A DNA stretch of 32,000 nucleotides from Candidatus Zhuqueibacterota bacterium (GTDB taxonomy: Bacteria; Zhuqueibacterota; Zhuqueibacteria; Residuimicrobiales; Residuimicrobiaceae): NCBI GenBank assembly GCA_016934435.1, contig JAFGSU010000291.1, positions 1 through 32,000 of the forward strand, in the 5' to 3' direction. Positions 1 through 9,185 of this stretch are shown piece by piece. Within the stretch, counting starts at the first letter, position 1. Every line of letters starts with the position of its first letter. The position numbers and the translations under genes are program-made. A model generated the notes under the pieces. That model searched no databases, had not been told where the DNA came from, and worked only from the letters and a program-made list of their open reading frames with translations.

Positions 1-204
1 AACGCAGCGCAGGAGATTTTGGAAATTAAGATCGATAAAGAAGTCGTGAATCCGGAAGATATTGAAATGCTGGAAGATTTGGTGGTCGCTGCGGTTAATC
101 AGGCGCTGCAGAACGCGCGCACAACTGCAGAAGAAGAATTGGGCAAAATAACCGGCGGACTCGCTCCGGGCATGTTAGGCGGGTTGAAATTGCCGGGATT
201 TTAG
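1..204 (+). CDS. ybaB: YbaB/EbfC family nucleoid-associated DNA-binding protein (5' end outside window)
   Basis: The frame is open from base 1 to TAG at 202-204. The C-terminal sequence DIEMLEDLVVAAVNQALQNA...GLKLPGF is typical of YbaB/EbfC. It lies directly upstream of recR, the common ybaB-recR pairing. Confidence 0.85.
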   Translation, partial: NAAQEILEIKIDKEVVNPEDIEMLEDLVVAAVNQALQNARTTAEEELGKITGGLAPGMLGGLKLPGF

Positions 205-244
205 CTAACCATGTTTTTATTTGCCGAAAAGAGAGGAGCCATTT

Positions 245-841
245 TTGTTATATTCGTCCGAAGCAGTCGAACGGGCCATCCATGAGCTCAGCAAGCTGCC
301 AGGCATTGGTCGAAAATCCGCGCAGCGGCACGTATTCTATTTATTGAAAAGGCCGCCCGAGGAAGTGCAAGCTCTAACTCGTGCATTGGTCGATTTAACC
401 TTAAAGGTAAAACATTGTTCGATCTGTTTCAATATAACCGAACAGGACCCTTGCCCAATTTGCAGGGATGATAACCGCGATAAACGGCTCATTTGCGTGG
501 TGGAGGAAGCCAACGACGTCATGGCTGTGGAAAAGACCGGTGAGTATCGAGGGCTCTATCATGTTTTGGGCGGTGCGCTCTCGCCTTTAGATGGCATTGG
601 TCCCGAGGACTTGACAATCAAACCCTTACTCGCCCGGTTGACGGAGGATGTAGAAGAGGTTATCATTGCCACCAATCCGAATACAGAGGGGGAAGCAACA
701 GCATTCTACCTGGCAAAATTGATTAAACCTTTACAGATCAAAATTTCACGGATCGCCCGCGGCATTCCGGTCGGAGCGGATATTGAATATGCCGACGAAA
801 TAACTCTGACAAGAGCTCTGGAAGGACGTATTACACTTTAA
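245..841 (+). CDS. recR: recombination protein RecR
   Basis: HhH motif KLPGIGRKSAQR, Cys4 zinc finger CSIC...CPIC and a Toprim segment VVEEANDVMAVE are present. The ORF opens at TTG 221, but in-frame TTG 245 follows GAGAGGAG (231-238) and gives 198 aa, the usual RecR length. Confidence 0.9.
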   Translation: MLYSSEAVERAIHELSKLPGIGRKSAQRHVFYLLKRPPEEVQALTRALVDLTLKVKHCSICFNITEQDPCPICRDDNRDKRLICVVEEANDVMAVEKTGEYRGLYHVLGGALSPLDGIGPEDLTIKPLLARLTEDVEEVIIATNPNTEGEATAFYLAKLIKPLQIKISRIARGIPVGADIEYADEITLTRALEGRITL

Positions 842-1110
842 ATCCAAGAAAAGCAGGGTTACGAATCGTTATGTTTTTTTATTTCATTGAAATTAGGTAA
901 TTTATTACTTGCCTTTATTGAAAAATATTTACTAATTTAAGTGATAGGAAAAAGCGATTCGGCCCAAAAAATTAATTTGGAAACCTTGGGGGTGGCATTA
1001 AATCGACTCATACTGACAGACCGCACAGAACTCGGAGTAGAGATATTGGTAACCTGGTCTTGATAAATCGCACATTAACCGAACGGTTATCTTATGCAGT
1101 GGGTGAACAT

Positions 1111-1135
1111 AAGGTCGGAGAATAATCCCGACCTT
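1111..1135 (+). other. perfect 8-bp hairpin (AAGGTCGG-N9-CCGACCTT) ending 2 nt before the pgpA ATG
   Basis: Read directly: 1111-1118 AAGGTCGG pairs with 1128-1135 CCGACCTT. No U-tract follows, so it is not a classical terminator. Function is unknown. Confidence 0.5.
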
Positions 1136-1137
1136 AT

Positions 1138-1632
1138 ATGCTATATAGATTGAATTCCTGGAATCGCATGGATCATACTAAAGATTTTGCAGCAAAGCTC
1201 AGTTCCAGCACGTTTGGATCCGGATTTTTCCCGGTTGCTCCCGGCACCATAGGCGCTGCCATCGCGGTTGCGGGGCTGTGGTTTGTGGAACTGTCGACCT
1301 GGATGCTGTCGGGTTGTATAGTTATTTTATTTTTTCTGGGTGTTTGGGCTTCTACCCGAGTAGAAAAAATATGGGGCGCCGATCCGGGCCGGGTGAATCT
1401 TGATGAGGTTGTCGGAATGATGGTCAGTGTTCTTTTTTTGCCCAAAACGCTGACAATGTATGCTGGTGCTTTTTTGTTTTTTCGCATATTTGATATTGCC
1501 AAACCCTTTCCGGTAAATCGAGCCGAGCGATTACGGGCGGGATGGGGTATTATGATGGATGACCTGATTGCCGGAATATATGCAAACCTGATTACGCAAT
1601 TATTTTTTCGTTTGATTGGGCCCCATGTCTGA
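1138..1632 (+). CDS. pgpA: phosphatidylglycerophosphatase A
   Basis: PgpA family motifs FGSGFFPVAPGTIGAA, DEVVGMM and IFDIAKPFP...GWGIMMDDLIAGIYA are present. The start could instead be ATG 1168. Confidence 0.85.
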   Translation: MLYRLNSWNRMDHTKDFAAKLSSSTFGSGFFPVAPGTIGAAIAVAGLWFVELSTWMLSGCIVILFFLGVWASTRVEKIWGADPGRVNLDEVVGMMVSVLFLPKTLTMYAGAFLFFRIFDIAKPFPVNRAERLRAGWGIMMDDLIAGIYANLITQLFFRLIGPHV

Positions 1633-2884
1633 TCCGCTCACGATAGAAATCATCTCCATCGGAGATGAGCTGTTAACCGGCCACATCGCCAATACCAATG
1701 CCGCCTGGATGGCCGATCAATTACTGCAAATCGGGCTCAGAGTTAACCGGATAACCACAGTCGGTGACGACGAAAAGGAAATATGTGAAATATTGCGTCA
1801 GGCTGAATCGCGTGCCGATTTGATAATGGCTACGGGCGGGCTCGGCCCAACGCATGATGACGTAACCCGGACTGCTTTGTGTGAATATTTTACCTGCAAG
1901 TTGGTGGTCAACAAGGAGCTGCTGGAAGATATAAAATCGTTCTTCGGTCGCCGTGGGATTCCAATGGCACGCGTGAATACAGATCAAGCTCGTGTGCCGG
2001 CAACAGCGCGTCTGCTTAAAAATGACAGCGGCACAGCGCCCGGTTATGTCTTTAGCAGGAAGAACACCACTTTTTATTTTCTTGCCGGTGTTCCTCACGA
2101 GATGCGATCCATGATGGCAAGGATCGTGTTGCCGGAACTCTCACAAAAAGTCCAGACTCGATTGATCCGGACACGATATCTCTGCACCATTGGTATAGCC
2201 GAAAGCACTTTATACGAACAGATCGGCGGCATTGATAAAGTCGCCCATGAGGTTCGCGTGGCATTTTTGCCCGGTTTTTCGGGCGTGAAAATTCGTCTCT
2301 CCGCTGAAGGGGAAAACGAAGCAGAAACCGAGGGCAGATTGGCCAGGGCGGCGGATTATCTGCGACAAAATATTGCGCCTTATGTCTATTCTGAACGGGA
2401 CATGCCATTGGAGCAGGCTCTGGCGCTGAAACTTTCGCAGCAGAGAAAAACGATTGCTGTTGCAGAATCGTGTACGGGCGGACTGCTGGCGCATAAATTT
2501 ACCAACATCCCCGGCAGTTCCAATTTTTTTGAGCGCGGGGTAGTGACGTACAGCAATCGGGCCAAAATAGAATTATTAGGCGTCCCGGCTTCGACGATTG
2601 AAGCTTATGGCGCTGTGAGCGAACAGGTCGCCCTCGCCATGGCCGAAGGCGTGCGCCGACTGGCAAAAACCGACTATGGATTGTCGACAACGGGCATCGC
2701 CGGACCGGATGGAGGCAGCGATGAAAAACCCGTCGGATTGGTGTATGTCGCATGGGCCGGCGAAGAACAGGTCGATGTAAACATGCACCGGTTTATCGGC
2801 GATCGACATTCAAACAAAGAGCGCTTTGCATATGCGGCGCTTAATGTGTTGCGCATTAATATAAAGGCAACCGGCGAATTGTGA
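1625..2884 (+). CDS. cinA: CinA family nicotinamide-mononucleotide amidohydrolase / competence-damage-inducible protein (two-domain form)
   Basis: It has an N-terminal MoCF-type domain (IGDELLTGHIANTNAAW, GGLGPTHDD) and a C-terminal PncC domain (AVAESCTGGLLA, GIAGPDGG). ATG 1625 overlaps the pgpA stop by 8 nt. The ORF track opens at TTG 1616. Confidence 0.9.
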   Translation: MSDPLTIEIISIGDELLTGHIANTNAAWMADQLLQIGLRVNRITTVGDDEKEICEILRQAESRADLIMATGGLGPTHDDVTRTALCEYFTCKLVVNKELLEDIKSFFGRRGIPMARVNTDQARVPATARLLKNDSGTAPGYVFSRKNTTFYFLAGVPHEMRSMMARIVLPELSQKVQTRLIRTRYLCTIGIAESTLYEQIGGIDKVAHEVRVAFLPGFSGVKIRLSAEGENEAETEGRLARAADYLRQNIAPYVYSERDMPLEQALALKLSQQRKTIAVAESCTGGLLAHKFTNIPGSSNFFERGVVTYSNRAKIELLGVPASTIEAYGAVSEQVALAMAEGVRRLAKTDYGLSTTGIAGPDGGSDEKPVGLVYVAWAGEEQVDVNMHRFIGDRHSNKERFAYAALNVLRINIKATGEL

Positions 2885-3444
2885 AGATCAGGACGTTTGT
2901 TTGCATTGACATCCCGGCGGTTATCCGCGAAAAATTGGCGCATCTGCAAGACGAGCTAAAACCTCTGGGGCGCGGTGTAAGCTATACGCGACCCGCGGGT
3001 ATTCATCTGACCCTTAAATTTTTAGGCGATGTTGAAGCGGTTCGGATTGATGAAATAGCCCGGGGTGTGCAGATTGCTGCCGGCGGGATAAATGCATTTC
3101 CGATCCAGCTCAAAGATGTCGGCGCTTTTCCGAATTTCCGCCGGCCCAGGGTGTTTTGGGTTGGTGTTCACGAGCCGAGTGGACGTCTGTCACAGCTGCA
3201 AAATAATATAGAGGTTGAACTGGATGCATTAGGATGGGCACGCGAACAAAGGCCGTTTTCACCTCATCTGACAGTAGGGCGGGTAAAATCTTTTCAAAAC
3301 ATGGAAGAGATTATTGAAAAATTTCAGGCGCATTCTTTTCCGCAGCAGCAATTCATCGCTGCGGAGGTAACGGTTATGCGCAGCGAGCTTAAACCAAGCG
3401 GCGCGGAATATACGCCTCTTAAAATCATAAAATTAAAAGAGTAG
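2881..3444 (+). CDS. thpR: RNA 2',3'-cyclic phosphodiesterase (2H family, ThpR/LigT)
   Basis: It carries two HxT/S motifs of the 2H phosphoesterase fold (HLTLKF and HLTVGR). The GTG start overlaps the cinA TGA (GTGA). Confidence 0.85.
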   Translation: MKIRTFVCIDIPAVIREKLAHLQDELKPLGRGVSYTRPAGIHLTLKFLGDVEAVRIDEIARGVQIAAGGINAFPIQLKDVGAFPNFRRPRVFWVGVHEPSGRLSQLQNNIEVELDALGWAREQRPFSPHLTVGRVKSFQNMEEIIEKFQAHSFPQQQFIAAEVTVMRSELKPSGAEYTPLKIIKLKE

Positions 3445-3452
3445 GGGATACT

Positions 3453-4508
3453 ATGCCCAACGAAAATGAAGAAAAACGCAAAGCGATTGAGTTAGCCATG
3501 ACCCAGATTGACCGGCAGTACGGCAAAGGGTCCATCATGTGGTTGGGGGAGGACAAAAAAATAGCTATGGCGGTTATTCCGACTGGATCCATCTCACTGG
3601 ATGCCGCGCTGGGTGTTGGGGGCGTGCCGCGAGGACGCGTGGTGGAAATTTTTGGACCAGAGTCTTCCGGTAAAACCACATTAGCCTTGCACGTCATCGC
3701 CGAAGCCCAAAAAAAGGGCGGATTGGCCGCGTTCGTGGATGCGGAACACGCCCTGGATGCCCATTATGCCAACCTATTGGGCGTGGACACCGATAATTTG
3801 CTCATCTCGCAACCGGATACAGGCGAACAAGCGCTGGAAATCACCGAAACCCTGGTGCGCAGCGGCGCTCTGGATATTGTAGTAATCGATTCGGTGGCCG
3901 CCCTTGTTCCCAGGGCTGAAATCGAAGGGGAAATGGGAGACGCACAGATGGGCTTGCAGGCGCGTCTCATGTCCCAGGCCATGCGTAAACTGACGGCCGC
4001 CATCAGTAAATCCCATACCAGCGTTGTATTTATCAATCAAATTCGGGAAAAAATAGGTGTCATGTTCGGCAGCCCCGAAACTACCACCGGCGGACGCGCC
4101 TTAAAATTTTATGCCTCGGTTCGCCTGGATATACGTCGGATCGCGTCCATCAAAGATGGTGAAAACGTGATCGGCAATCGAACCAAGGTGAAAGTAGTGA
4201 AGAATAAGGTCGCCCCTCCCTTCCGGGAAGCAGAATTTGACATCATCTATGGGCAGGGCATCTCAAAAATTGGTGACCTGATTGATTTGGCGGTCAATCA
4301 TAATATCATGGATAAAAGCGGAACCTGGTTCTCATTTGGTGAAGAACGGTTGGGGCAGGGCCGGGAGAATGTGCGACGCTACCTGGAGCAGAATCCCTCC
4401 CTGTTGACTGTTATTGAGAAGAAGGTGCGGGAAGCCTTGAATTTGCCCGGTGCTGAAAAAGATGAAAAGAAAAAAGAAGCTCAAAAGGCGGAGCCTGAAA
4501 AAAAATAA
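3453..4508 (+). CDS. recA: recombinase RecA
   Basis: Walker [10 protein letters not shown] and the canonical RecA core ([50 protein letters not shown]) are present. Confidence 0.98.
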   Translation: MPNENEEKRKAIELAMTQIDRQYGKGSIMWLGEDKKIAMAVIPTGSISLDAALGVGGVPRGRVVEIFGPESSGKTTLALHVIAEAQKKGGLAAFVDAEHALDAHYANLLGVDTDNLLISQPDTGEQALEITETLVRSGALDIVVIDSVAALVPRAEIEGEMGDAQMGLQARLMSQAMRKLTAAISKSHTSVVFINQIREKIGVMFGSPETTTGGRALKFYASVRLDIRRIASIKDGENVIGNRTKVKVVKNKVAPPFREAEFDIIYGQGISKIGDLIDLAVNHNIMDKSGTWFSFGEERLGQGRENVRRYLEQNPSLLTVIEKKVREALNLPGAEKDEKKKEAQKAEPEKK

Positions 4509-4568
4509 CGTGTTTTTGTGATCGTTTCTGTTCATAATCACGTTACATATTTTATTCAAGCAGGCAAA

Positions 4569-5207
4569 ATGAATCAAGGCAGAAAAGTAACAGCGATCGA
4601 GGTACAAAAAAAAAACACACAGCGCGTTTCCGTCTTTTTAGATGGTGAATTTGCATTCGGCATTCATCAGGATGTTTTACTGCAAAGTGGAATAGCCAGA
4701 GGTGATGAATTGTCGGAGCAAAAGATAGGGGAAATCCTCGCGCTGGAAGAACATAAGCGAGCAAAAGAAAAAGCATTACGGCTGCTTTCGGTGCGGAGTC
4801 GCAGCATTAAAGAGATGCGCGACCGATTGCGGACGGCGAAATTTTCAGCTGATGTTGTAGATGGCACCATCGCATATTTGCAGCGACTGGCCTTGTTGGA
4901 TGATACCAGCTTTGCCCAATCATTTGCTCGAAATCGCACTCAGACGAGACCTGAAGGAGCCTTTTTACTGCGTCAGGAATTACGCCACAAAGGTTTAAGC
5001 GATCATGACGTTGAAAAGGGCATCGACGCCGCCTTTCAGGAGCAGTCGGAACGGCAGATTGCCTATGAGCTGGCGGCAAAGAAAAAGAAAACGCTCGCCT
5101 ATTTGGCGGAAGAAAAAGCAAAAAAGAGGTTGAATGATTTCCTGCTCAGGCGGGGATTTGATTGGGACATCGTCAACGATATCATGGAAAACTGGGAGCA
5201 TATTTAG
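4569..5207 (+). CDS. recX: recombination regulator RecX
   Basis: It lies directly downstream of recA and has the repeated helical RecX pattern (ALRLLSVRSRSIKEMRDRL, FLLRRGFDWDIV). ATG 4569 is preferred over GTG 4518, which would add a non-conserved 17-aa extension. Confidence 0.8.
   Translation: MNQGRKVTAIEVQKKNTQRVSVFLDGEFAFGIHQDVLLQSGIARGDELSEQKIGEILALEEHKRAKEKALRLLSVRSRSIKEMRDRLRTAKFSADVVDGTIAYLQRLALLDDTSFAQSFARNRTQTRPEGAFLLRQELRHKGLSDHDVEKGIDAAFQEQSERQIAYELAAKKKKTLAYLAEEKAKKRLNDFLLRRGFDWDIVNDIMENWEHI
4606..4615 (+). repeat. A10 homopolymer inside recX (codons CAA AAA AAA AAC)
   Basis: Counted directly in the sequence. Confidence 0.95.
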
Positions 5208-6404
5208 TTGCTGGAGAAAAATCTTAAAAAGTTAAGGATAGGGACGCGCGCCATTTTAGCGGCGGGCGATTTCAACTACCAGAATATCCGCTCACATATT
5301 GTACCGCTGTTCCAAACGGTAAATTTTGATTATGCGGATGTGGAAGAAGGATTGGCCGTATTTAACCGGGAGCGCCCGGGTTATATCTATACGCGCTACA
5401 GCAATCCGACGACCGATCTATTCGGCAAGACGGTTGCTGCGCTGGAAGAAGCGGAGAGTTATGCAGTGGCCGCCTCGGGTATGGGCGCCATCAGTGCCAT
5501 CATGCTATCATTGCTTAAACCCGGCGATCACATTATTTCATCAAAGCAAATTTATGGCGGTACCTATACATTTTTCCAGGAGCATCTGCAGGCGCTGGGA
5601 ATTGACATCAGTTTTGTTGATATAACCAACGATGATGAAATTGGCGATGCGATGCAACCTAAGACCAGAGTTCTGTACACCGAAGTATTGGGTAATCCCA
5701 ACCTAATCATCGCCGATATATCCGGATTGGCAAAATTGGCCCGAGCAAAAGAGATCATTTTCGTGGTGGATAATACCTTCACGCCACCACCCATTTTATC
5801 ACCTCTCAAACTGGGAGCGGATATAGTGGTGCACAGTGCCACAAAATATCTCGGCGGACATGGAGACCTTATGGGCGGCATCGCCCTGGGTCGAGAAGAG
5901 CTTATCAGTAAAGTGCGACATACCCTTGAGTATTATGGCGGCGCCCTCAGTCCTTTCAATGCCTGGCTGGCGCTGCGGGGTATCAAAACGCTTGCAATTC
6001 GCCTGGAAAGACAATGCCATAATGCAAAGATAATCGCTGAATTTTTACAGGATCATGACCACGTAAAAAAGGTGCATTATCCCGGCTTGCCGGGTCACCC
6101 GCACCATGAGGTAGCCAAACGGCAACTGAATGGTTTTGGCGCCATGATTTCTTTTGAATTGAAAGGCGGCCTGGAAGCGGGTAAAAAATTGATGGATGCG
6201 GTCCGTGTCTGCCGCTTTACGGTGAGTCTGGGTGAAATTGATACACTCATCATTCATCCTGCCTCCACCTCCCATGCCGCCCTGAAACCGGAAGAACGCC
6301 TGGCTATAGGGATCAGCGATGGTTTGGTACGGCTATCCGTCGGCATAGAGGATATGGAAGATTTGCTCGAAGACTTGCGGCAGGCCTTGCAGCAAGCCGG
6401 ATAA
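5208..6404 (+). CDS. PLP-dependent Cys/Met-metabolism enzyme (O-acetylhomoserine sulfhydrylase / methionine gamma-lyase / cystathionine gamma-synthase family)
   Basis: Family motifs YTRYSNPT, DNTFTPP and SATKYLGGHGD (PLP lysine) are present. The TTG start immediately follows the recX TAG. Exact activity cannot be assigned by eye. Confidence 0.8.
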   Translation: MLEKNLKKLRIGTRAILAAGDFNYQNIRSHIVPLFQTVNFDYADVEEGLAVFNRERPGYIYTRYSNPTTDLFGKTVAALEEAESYAVAASGMGAISAIMLSLLKPGDHIISSKQIYGGTYTFFQEHLQALGIDISFVDITNDDEIGDAMQPKTRVLYTEVLGNPNLIIADISGLAKLARAKEIIFVVDNTFTPPPILSPLKLGADIVVHSATKYLGGHGDLMGGIALGREELISKVRHTLEYYGGALSPFNAWLALRGIKTLAIRLERQCHNAKIIAEFLQDHDHVKKVHYPGLPGHPHHEVAKRQLNGFGAMISFELKGGLEAGKKLMDAVRVCRFTVSLGEIDTLIIHPASTSHAALKPEERLAIGISDGLVRLSVGIEDMEDLLEDLRQALQQAG

Positions 6405-6500
6405 GGCACTGGTTATGCCTGACCATCAACTAAAAGATAAACAGATTTTTATTATGTAGATTTATTAATTTGAACCTGAAAATATCCAGAAACAAATCCT

Positions 6501-9125
6501 ATGATTGCTAATGAAATCCGAAAATCCTTTTTAGATTTTTTCAAAAGTAAAAACCATCACATTGTACCCAGCGCACCAGTGGTACCGCAGGATGATCCAA
6601 CTTTGCTATTCATCAATGCGGGGATGAATCCTTTTAAAGATATATTTCTTGGTAATAGGCAAATTCAATATCCTCGCATAGCGGATTCGCAGAAATGCAT
6701 ACGGGTTTCCGGAAAACATAATGATTTGGAGCAAGTCGGCCGCGACACTTATCATCATACCTTTTTTGAAATGCTCGGCAACTGGTCGTTTGGTGATTAT
6801 TTCAAAGCCGAAGCCATCGAATGGGCCTGGCAGTTGTTGACGGAAACATGGAAGCTTCCCAAAGAGCGGTTGTGGGCTACTATTTTTGCAGGTGACAGCA
6901 AGGATAAGGTGCCGGCCGATGAAGAAGCCGCAGCAGAATGGCTGAAACGAACCGACATCGCCCCGGAGCGCATCTTACAATTCGGCAAAAAAGATAATTT
7001 CTGGGAGATGGGAGACACCGGTCCTTGCGGACCGTGTTCGGAAATTCATTTTGATCGGGGCCCCGATTATTGTGACAAAACGGATTCCGATCATCGCTGC
7101 GATGTCAACGGCAGCTGCGGACGATATATTGAATTATGGAATCTGGTTTTTATCCAGTACAATCGCGATGAAAAAAATCGTCTGCATCCGTTACCGGCCA
7201 AACATGTGGACACCGGCGCGGGGCTGGAGCGCGTGGTGGCGGTTCTGCAAAATAAAAAATCCAATTATGATACGGATATTTTTGCTCCTATCATCGAAGA
7301 AATCGCAACCATGACCGGCCATGGCTATAAGGAAGGGGAGATTGGAGTGGCTTTTCGGGTTTTGTGCGATCATGTACGCGCCCTCGCTTTCGCCGTCGCC
7401 GATGGCGCGATACCGGGCAATGAAGGACGCGGTTATGTGTTGCGACGCATTTTACGGCGCGCAGCCCGCTTCGGCAGAGTCCTGTCCATGCACGAACCGT
7501 TCATTTTTAAACTGGTGATGCCGTTGGTACAATCCATGGGTGATGCCTACCCGGAACTGAAAATCCGCAGGGAATACATCGAAAAGGTTATTCGGGCTGA
7601 GGAAGAGAGCTTTGGCCGTACGCTTGATCGTGGCATTGAAATATTCGAGGAAAAAGCACAAGCGGCCATCGCCATGGGCAAGGGTTTGTTCCCCGGGCGG
7701 GATGCATTCCTGCTGCATGACACTTATGGATTCCCGTTGGACCTGACCCAGCTCATGGCACAGGAAAAGAATTTAAGCGTAGATGTTAAAGCATTTGAAA
7801 AAGAAATGGCCGGGCAGAGAGAACGATCGAACCGAAGACGGGATGCCGAGTATAGGGCATTGGACCTTACCAGTATCAAGGGGAGCTCTTCAAAATTCGT
7901 CGGTTACGAGCGGGATGAGATGCATACGACCGTATTGCACTATGATGCGCAGCGCATCATTCTCAAAGAGACTCCTTTTTATGCCGAATCGGGTGGACAG
8001 GTAGGCGATACCGGGACTATTGAAAATGAACATTTTAAGTTTAAAGTGGACACGACGCGATATGTGGGCGAGCATATCGTGCATTTCGGGAAATTGGCTT
8101 CCGGAACGCCCCCGAAAGTGAACGACCGGGTGTTGGCAAAGATCGATGTCGATAAGCGACGCGCCACCGAGCGCAACCATACGGTTACCCATCTCATCCA
8201 TAGAGCCTTGCGCACACTTTTAGGAGAGCACGTCCATCAGGCGGGTTCGCTGGTCGCTCCCGATTATATGCGATTTGATTTTACCCATTTTGAAAAGATG
8301 TCATCGGAGCAGATTCGGAAAATTGAACGGATGGTCAATGATACCATCCTCGAGAATAGAATGGTAAGCTGGCAATATTTACCGCTCGATAAGGCAAAAG
8401 CGCTTGGTGCCATGGCGTTGTTCGGCGAGAAATATGAGGAGCAGGTTCGCGTGGTGGAAGTAGAGGATTTTTCTCGTGAATTATGCGGCGGCACACACGT
8501 TCGTCAAACGGGTGAAATTGGTCCTTTTGTGATTATCAATGAGTCTGCTGTAGCCGCCGGTATCCGGCGAATCGAATGTTTAACCGGTCTTGCCGCCCTG
8601 GATTACTTGAGCGATAAAGCACGGCTTGTGCAGGATAGCTCGGAATTGCTTGGATGCAGTGCTGCGGAACTGAGTCAAAGAATCAGAAAGCTCTACCAGG
8701 AGCGTAAAGAGTTGGAGGGCGAACTGCGTAAAATCAAACGTGTCGGTTCCAGGGATTTGGTGCAGGACATTCTCAAAACGGTGACAAAAATTGATGGTAT
8801 TAATATTGCAACTGCCAAAGTCGATGTGGGCAGTGTGGATGAGCTAAAACAATACGGCGATTTGATTCGAGATGGCCTTAAATCAGGCGTTGGCGTATTG
8901 GCCGCGGTATTGGGAGATAAAGTAAATTTTATTTGTGTGGTGACCAAGGATTTAATTGAAACAAAGAAATTGCAGGCCGGAGACATCGTTAAGAAAGTGG
9001 CGGGATTCGCAGGTGGTAGTGGGGGAGGCAGTGCGCACATGGCACTTGCGGGTGCTAAAGATGTAGACAAAGTAAGGGATGCCCTATCGCACGTGGCGGA
9101 AATAGTACGACAATCAGTACGTTGA
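6501..9125 (+). CDS. alaS: alanine--tRNA ligase
   Basis: The 874-aa product has the class II core HHTFFEMLGNWSFGDYFK, editing-domain motifs HTVTHLIH and CGGTH, and a C-terminal DHHA1-like GGGSGGGSAHMALAG. Confidence 0.98.
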   Translation: MIANEIRKSFLDFFKSKNHHIVPSAPVVPQDDPTLLFINAGMNPFKDIFLGNRQIQYPRIADSQKCIRVSGKHNDLEQVGRDTYHHTFFEMLGNWSFGDYFKAEAIEWAWQLLTETWKLPKERLWATIFAGDSKDKVPADEEAAAEWLKRTDIAPERILQFGKKDNFWEMGDTGPCGPCSEIHFDRGPDYCDKTDSDHRCDVNGSCGRYIELWNLVFIQYNRDEKNRLHPLPAKHVDTGAGLERVVAVLQNKKSNYDTDIFAPIIEEIATMTGHGYKEGEIGVAFRVLCDHVRALAFAVADGAIPGNEGRGYVLRRILRRAARFGRVLSMHEPFIFKLVMPLVQSMGDAYPELKIRREYIEKVIRAEEESFGRTLDRGIEIFEEKAQAAIAMGKGLFPGRDAFLLHDTYGFPLDLTQLMAQEKNLSVDVKAFEKEMAGQRERSNRRRDAEYRALDLTSIKGSSSKFVGYERDEMHTTVLHYDAQRIILKETPFYAESGGQVGDTGTIENEHFKFKVDTTRYVGEHIVHFGKLASGTPPKVNDRVLAKIDVDKRRATERNHTVTHLIHRALRTLLGEHVHQAGSLVAPDYMRFDFTHFEKMSSEQIRKIERMVNDTILENRMVSWQYLPLDKAKALGAMALFGEKYEEQVRVVEVEDFSRELCGGTHVRQTGEIGPFVIINESAVAAGIRRIECLTGLAALDYLSDKARLVQDSSELLGCSAAELSQRIRKLYQERKELEGELRKIKRVGSRDLVQDILKTVTKIDGINIATAKVDVGSVDELKQYGDLIRDGLKSGVGVLAAVLGDKVNFICVVTKDLIETKKLQAGDIVKKVAGFAGGSGGGSAHMALAGAKDVDKVRDALSHVAEIVRQSVR

Positions 9126-9185
9126 GTCATGATGCTCGAGGCATTTTAGATTTGGTAACGATTGGTCGATTTTAAGAGGGAGCCC

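Noticed and set aside
842-1137. The possibility that the recR-pgpA spacer encodes SRP (4.5S) RNA, 6S RNA or a tRNA.
   Set aside because: There is no GGUCCGGAAGGAAGCAGCC-like SRP domain IV motif and no T-loop (GTTCGAATC-type) with flanking stems. There is also no long terminal closing helix that I can see. The region is kept only as an unexplained structured spacer.
4507-4548. Competing short stems (AACGTG/CACGTT and GTGAT/ATCAC) between recA and recX, considered as a possible attenuator.
   Set aside because: The stems are only 5-6 bp with a 14-nt loop and a weak, interrupted T-tract. recA-recX read-through is the norm, so this cannot be supported without folding or transcript data.
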